56,150 nt of DNA. It comes from a virus. Taxonomy: Duplodnaviria; Caudoviricetes. Made by a program: the position numbers and the translations under genes. Below are positions 52,946 through 56,150 of this stretch, piece by piece. The DNA lies in IMG/VR virus record IMGVR_UViG_3300045283_000278, positions 1 through 56,150 of that record; one strand, written 5' to 3'. The first letter of the stretch is position 1, and the number at the start of each line of letters is the position of its first letter. The notes beneath the pieces were generated by a model, which ran no database searches, had not been told where the DNA came from, and saw only the letters and a list, made by a program, of their open reading frames with translations.

Positions 52946-53033
52946 AACGGGTGAGCCCCGCACGTCTCCGCACGAGGCCCAGTGACCGAGGGAACTCAGA
53001 CCCCCTCAGTCAAGCAGCCCGACAGGACGACGC

Positions 53034-53612
53034 GTGAACGACACACCCCACCAGATCCGTCGCATGACAGACCAGCTCACCGGCGCTCAGCGTCGCGCAC
53101 TGACCCGCGCCAGCCGCAAAGCCGGCGCCCGCATCGCTCCGCGCTTCACCGCACTCGGCAAGGACGGCATCACCCCGGACATGGCCCAACGCCTCCTCGA
53201 GCTCGGCTGGGTCGAAGAACACGAGAAGCGCGAGCTCACGGGCAGGCTCATCACCCTGCACATCACCGACCTCGGGACCCGCATCCTCAACCAGCCCATC
53301 GAAGAGACCATCACCTTCCTGCACCAGGACTCCAGCCACGGCTACACCGACAAAGCCAGCAGCGCACTCCTCTCCGCCGGCGAGGTCCTCACCGAACCAT
53401 CCGAGACGTGGAAGCGCTCAGCCAGCGAGGCCGCGATGGCCGCCAAGCTCAGCAACCCGAAGACGCGCCGCGACCAAGCACGCCGCATCTCCCGCGCCGC
53501 CAGCGGCCGCCACGGCTGGCGCACCAACGGACCCGTCCACCCCGTCAGCCGCCGCGTCGACCCCGCCGAGATCCGCGAAACCGACGACCAGGACCACGAT
53601 GAGGCTGCATAG
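53034..53612 (+). CDS. Hypothetical protein with winged-helix-like N-terminus (192 aa)
   Basis: LTGAQRRAL...RLLELGWV...ITDLG. Confidence 0.6.
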   Translation: MNDTPHQIRRMTDQLTGAQRRALTRASRKAGARIAPRFTALGKDGITPDMAQRLLELGWVEEHEKRELTGRLITLHITDLGTRILNQPIEETITFLHQDSSHGYTDKASSALLSAGEVLTEPSETWKRSASEAAMAAKLSNPKTRRDQARRISRAASGRHGWRTNGPVHPVSRRVDPAEIRETDDQDHDEAA

Positions 53613-54090
53613 CCGCGGGAAACACCGGTCCCACGGATGCCGATCCGTCCCCTATAGTCCGCGCTGGCGCCCCGGCCAGGGCCGCGACCTCGAAGTCGCC
53701 CCGCACGAGCCAGCCCAGGCGCACATCCTCGCTGACCCCGCAGACCGTGGCGCCCCCGCCGCCATGGATCCGCACCAGGCCACAGCACACGACCGCCGCA
53801 ACCGCCGGCGACTCGCGACCGCCGTCCGGCAGGCCGCCATGCACGCAACCGCCGACGAGATGCTCGCCCTCCAAGCCCTCGTCGACGCCACCACCCTCGG
53901 CACCGTCACCGTCGACGACGCCCGCGCAGCCGTCGCCGACCTCCGCCGCGCTCAGCAGCAGCGCAACGCCTGGCCACCCCGCGGCGACGAGCACAACCCC
54001 AAGACCTGCGAGCGCATGGTCTGCCCCGAGTGCGTCGCCCGCATCCCGCCGCGCACCGGCAACGCCGACCCCTTCCGGCTCGCCGCGTGA
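53599..54090 (+). CDS. Hypothetical protein (163 aa)
   Basis: C-terminal H...C...CPEC; GTGA coupling to next gene; start uncertain. Confidence 0.5.
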   Translation: MRLHSRGKHRSHGCRSVPYSPRWRPGQGRDLEVAPHEPAQAHILADPADRGAPAAMDPHQATAHDRRNRRRLATAVRQAAMHATADEMLALQALVDATTLGTVTVDDARAAVADLRRAQQQRNAWPPRGDEHNPKTCERMVCPECVARIPPRTGNADPFRLAA

Positions 54091-55115
54091 GCCTCGTCCT
54101 ACAACCCGACCCTGTCGCCGACGTCGCGCCCAAGATCAACGCGGCGCTAGCCAACGGCGGCCAGGCCGCGCTCACCGGCCCCGGCAACCACCGGGCAGTC
54201 ACGCCGATCACGATCCCAGCGAACGCCATGCTGGAGATCGAGGGCGGCACAGTCCTCAACTGCCCGGCCGACACCTCCACACCGAACATCGTCGTCCGCG
54301 AAGGGTTCCTCGTCGGCGCGGGCCGCATCGTCGGCCCCGGCATCAGCAAGGGCATCGGCAAGCCGAACTGCCAAGCGGCAATGGGCGTCTGGGCCGACGA
54401 CCACGCGACCGTGCGCGACCTCCGCGTCTCAGGGTTCCTTGTCGGCGCCGACATCGTCGGCAACCACCAGCACTTCGACAACGTCCGCATCACCGACTGC
54501 TACATCAACCTCACCTTCGGAGCAGGCGCCGACGACTTCGGCGACCAGCACCTCCACAACTGCGACCTGACCGGCGCATACCTCGCCTCCATCGCCGTCG
54601 ACCCATCGAGCACCATCGACAACGCCGAGTTCATCGGCGGCCACGCCGGGTGGGCGCCGTACGGCATCCTGCGGCCCAGCACCCCAGGGTCCACGGCGGG
54701 GAAGCAGTTCATCACCAGCACGGTGTTCAAGGGCTTCGCGTTCGAGACGGTCGGCAACGCCGCCATCTACGACCAGTCCGGGACCAAGGAGGTGTCCAGC
54801 TGCGTGTTCGAGAACGCCGGCGGCATCTTCAACCCCGCGTGGCGCATGTCCGGCGCTCCGCGCGACGGGCTGATCGACGTCGGCACGCTCATGGACGTGC
54901 GCTTCACCGGCTCCGCCACATTCTCCACCCCGGGCGACAAGGCGGTCGTGGTCGCACACAGAGGCGCCGCGAACGTGATCTGGGAGGACGGACGCGCGTT
55001 CTGGCAGGCCGCCAAGGCGCCCGCGATCCTGTCCACGCCATCGGCCAAGGGCGTCTACGTCGTCGGCCCCGACGGCCGCTACTACACCACCGACCTCGCC
55101 CGAACGACGCGATGA
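54087..55115 (+). CDS. Stand-alone right-handed beta-helix (pectate-lyase-like) protein
   Basis: DVAPKINAAL..GG......G......PITIP cap and repeated N/D-x-x-I/F rungs. Confidence 0.6.
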   Translation: MSLVLQPDPVADVAPKINAALANGGQAALTGPGNHRAVTPITIPANAMLEIEGGTVLNCPADTSTPNIVVREGFLVGAGRIVGPGISKGIGKPNCQAAMGVWADDHATVRDLRVSGFLVGADIVGNHQHFDNVRITDCYINLTFGAGADDFGDQHLHNCDLTGAYLASIAVDPSSTIDNAEFIGGHAGWAPYGILRPSTPGSTAGKQFITSTVFKGFAFETVGNAAIYDQSGTKEVSSCVFENAGGIFNPAWRMSGAPRDGLIDVGTLMDVRFTGSATFSTPGDKAVVVAHRGAANVIWEDGRAFWQAAKAPAILSTPSAKGVYVVGPDGRYYTTDLARTTR

Positions 55116-55438
55116 GCCGCGCCGGCCGCATCTGCTGGTGCGGCGCGATGCAGCCGTGCGCTACCCATGCGCGCCGGCCCTGGGATCGCAGTGATGGCCA
55201 GGGCCGCTCACGGCTCAGCGGCTCAGCGCAGCAGAAGCGGGCGCGCCGCATCCTCAGGGTGCACGACGAGGTGTGCCACGTCTGTGGTCTCGGTGGCGCG
55301 GACCAGGCCGATCACGTCATCCCGATCGCCGAGGGCGGCGCGGATAACGACAGCAACATGCGGCCCATCCACAGCGAGCCGTGCCACCGCGAGAAGACCC
55401 AGGCCGAGGCCGCACGAGCACGAGGCGTAAAGACCTGA
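55112..55438 (+). CDS. HNH endonuclease (packaging-associated type)
   Basis: CHVC..ADHVIP..GG....N..PIH..CH..KT..E; genome end near terS. Confidence 0.85.
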   Translation: MSRAGRICWCGAMQPCATHARRPWDRSDGQGRSRLSGSAQQKRARRILRVHDEVCHVCGLGGADQADHVIPIAEGGADNDSNMRPIHSEPCHREKTQAEAARARGVKT

Positions 55439-55446
55439 ACAAGAAC

Positions 55447-55499
55447 GGCCCCGCAGCGCGCCAACGCCCGGGGCCACGGCCGACACACAGGAGGTGTCG
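55447..55499 (+). promoter_or_regulatory. Two hairpins; second sequesters the SD of the downstream HNH gene
   Basis: ggccccg..cggggcc (55447-75) and cgacac-acaggag-gtgtcg (55481-99). Confidence 0.65.
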
Positions 55500-55501
55500 A
55501 C

Positions 55502-56092
55502 ATGACCGAGCGTACCTGCGAAGCCTGCGGCAAGCGCTTCATCCCCACCGCCAAGACTCAGCGCGCTTGCCCGCCCAGCGACCACGACCGAGCACGCGCA
55601 GCAGGACGCCAGGCGCGCAGCCGATGCGCCGTCAAGGTCGCCAACGCGGCCTACCGCAAGCGCCCCGTCGTCATCGGTGAGGTCGGGCTTCCCTTCGACT
55701 GCGCACACTGCGGCAAGCCGTGCACCCCTGGCGTCGACGTCCCGGCTCACGCCTCCCGCTTCTGCTCGTCCGAGCACAAGGCAGCGTGGCACAAGACGCC
55801 CCGCTCGATCACTCTGACGGCCGAGCCCACGTCCCGATCGTCGGCGGCGTACTGCCGCGCCATGCGAGCAGATCCGTGCGCGTACTGCGGAGCGCCGTCG
55901 CAGGCTCTCGACCACATCGTGCCAAGGAGCGACGGTGGGTCGAACGACTGGACGAACCGCACCGGCGTCTGTAGCTCATGCAACAGCACGAAGCAGCAGA
56001 GCCCGCTCCTGATCTTTCTCGGCTGGCGGCAGGCGCGCGATGCCTTCGAACCCTGGCGTCAGATCGTCGCGACGATCCACACCCGCACCTAG
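55502..56092 (+). CDS. Second HNH endonuclease with Zn-finger repeats (homing-type)
   Basis: CEACGK.F, CAHCGK..FCS, CAYCG..DHIVP.S.GG.N..N....C..CN..K. Confidence 0.85.
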   Translation: MTERTCEACGKRFIPTAKTQRACPPSDHDRARAAGRQARSRCAVKVANAAYRKRPVVIGEVGLPFDCAHCGKPCTPGVDVPAHASRFCSSEHKAAWHKTPRSITLTAEPTSRSSAAYCRAMRADPCAYCGAPSQALDHIVPRSDGGSNDWTNRTGVCSSCNSTKQQSPLLIFLGWRQARDAFEPWRQIVATIHTRT

Positions 56093-56136
56093 CCCACCGG
56101 AAAGGTGGGGGAGGGACCAGCTCGAGACGAGGCCCG

Positions 56137-56150
56137 GGACCGGAGAGCGC
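56137..56150. other. Candidate cos / genome end
   Basis: Joined with positions 1-15 gives GGACC-N5-GCGC-T-GCGC-N5-GGTCC dyad; between HNH and terS. Confidence 0.5.

Larger units (their letters stand above)
1..56150. mobile_element. Temperate siphovirus genome (apparently complete, terS-first orientation)
   Basis: Full set of packaging, head, tail, lysis, immunity, integration and replication modules; no host housekeeping genes; HNH at right end adjoins terS at left end if circularised. Confidence 0.93.

Noticed and set aside
36790-53612. Many proteins ending in EAAA/AA
   Set aside because: Explained by GGAGGC..GCATGA/GCGTGA overlap of the next gene's SD and start; not treated as ssrA-like degrons without evidence
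1-56150. tRNA, tmRNA or rRNA genes
   Set aside because: No cloverleaf with T-loop and acceptor stem seen in intergenic gaps by eye; tRNAscan-SE/ARAGORN would confirm

Overview
The window looks like a complete, or nearly complete, ~56 kb genome of a temperate, high-GC siphovirus of Actinomycetota. Several protein signatures hint at a Thermoleophilia/Solirubrobacterales host (inference). It starts just upstream of terS, ends after two HNH genes, and the two ends join through a dyad-symmetric, cos-like junction. Gene order: terminase, portal, MuF-like protein, scaffold, capsid; then a ~10 kb insert of fibre, carbohydrate-binding and beta-helix genes containing an antisense AT3-SGNH O-acyltransferase; then the head-tail adaptor, five tandem glycosyltransferases and the stopper/terminator. 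The tail module has a -1 frameshift chaperone and a 1713-aa tape measure with a C-terminal NlpC/P60-like domain. After it come a lysis cassette with two lysins around a holin, a repressor/Cro switch, and an early/replication arm. That arm carries an AAA ATPase, a PD-(D/E)XK exonuclease, an Hjc-like resolvase, an actinobacterial IHF-like protein, an inverted large serine integrase, an initiator with internal iterons, a DnaB-like helicase, many small ORFs and a second beta-helix protein. The most striking candidate system is the glycan-centred block inside the morphogenesis operon (7.2-21.3 kb), suggesting virion glycosylation plus host-surface O-acylation. All calls come from reading motifs and synteny by eye; no searches were run. 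No tRNA, rRNA, CRISPR array or reverse transcriptase was seen.
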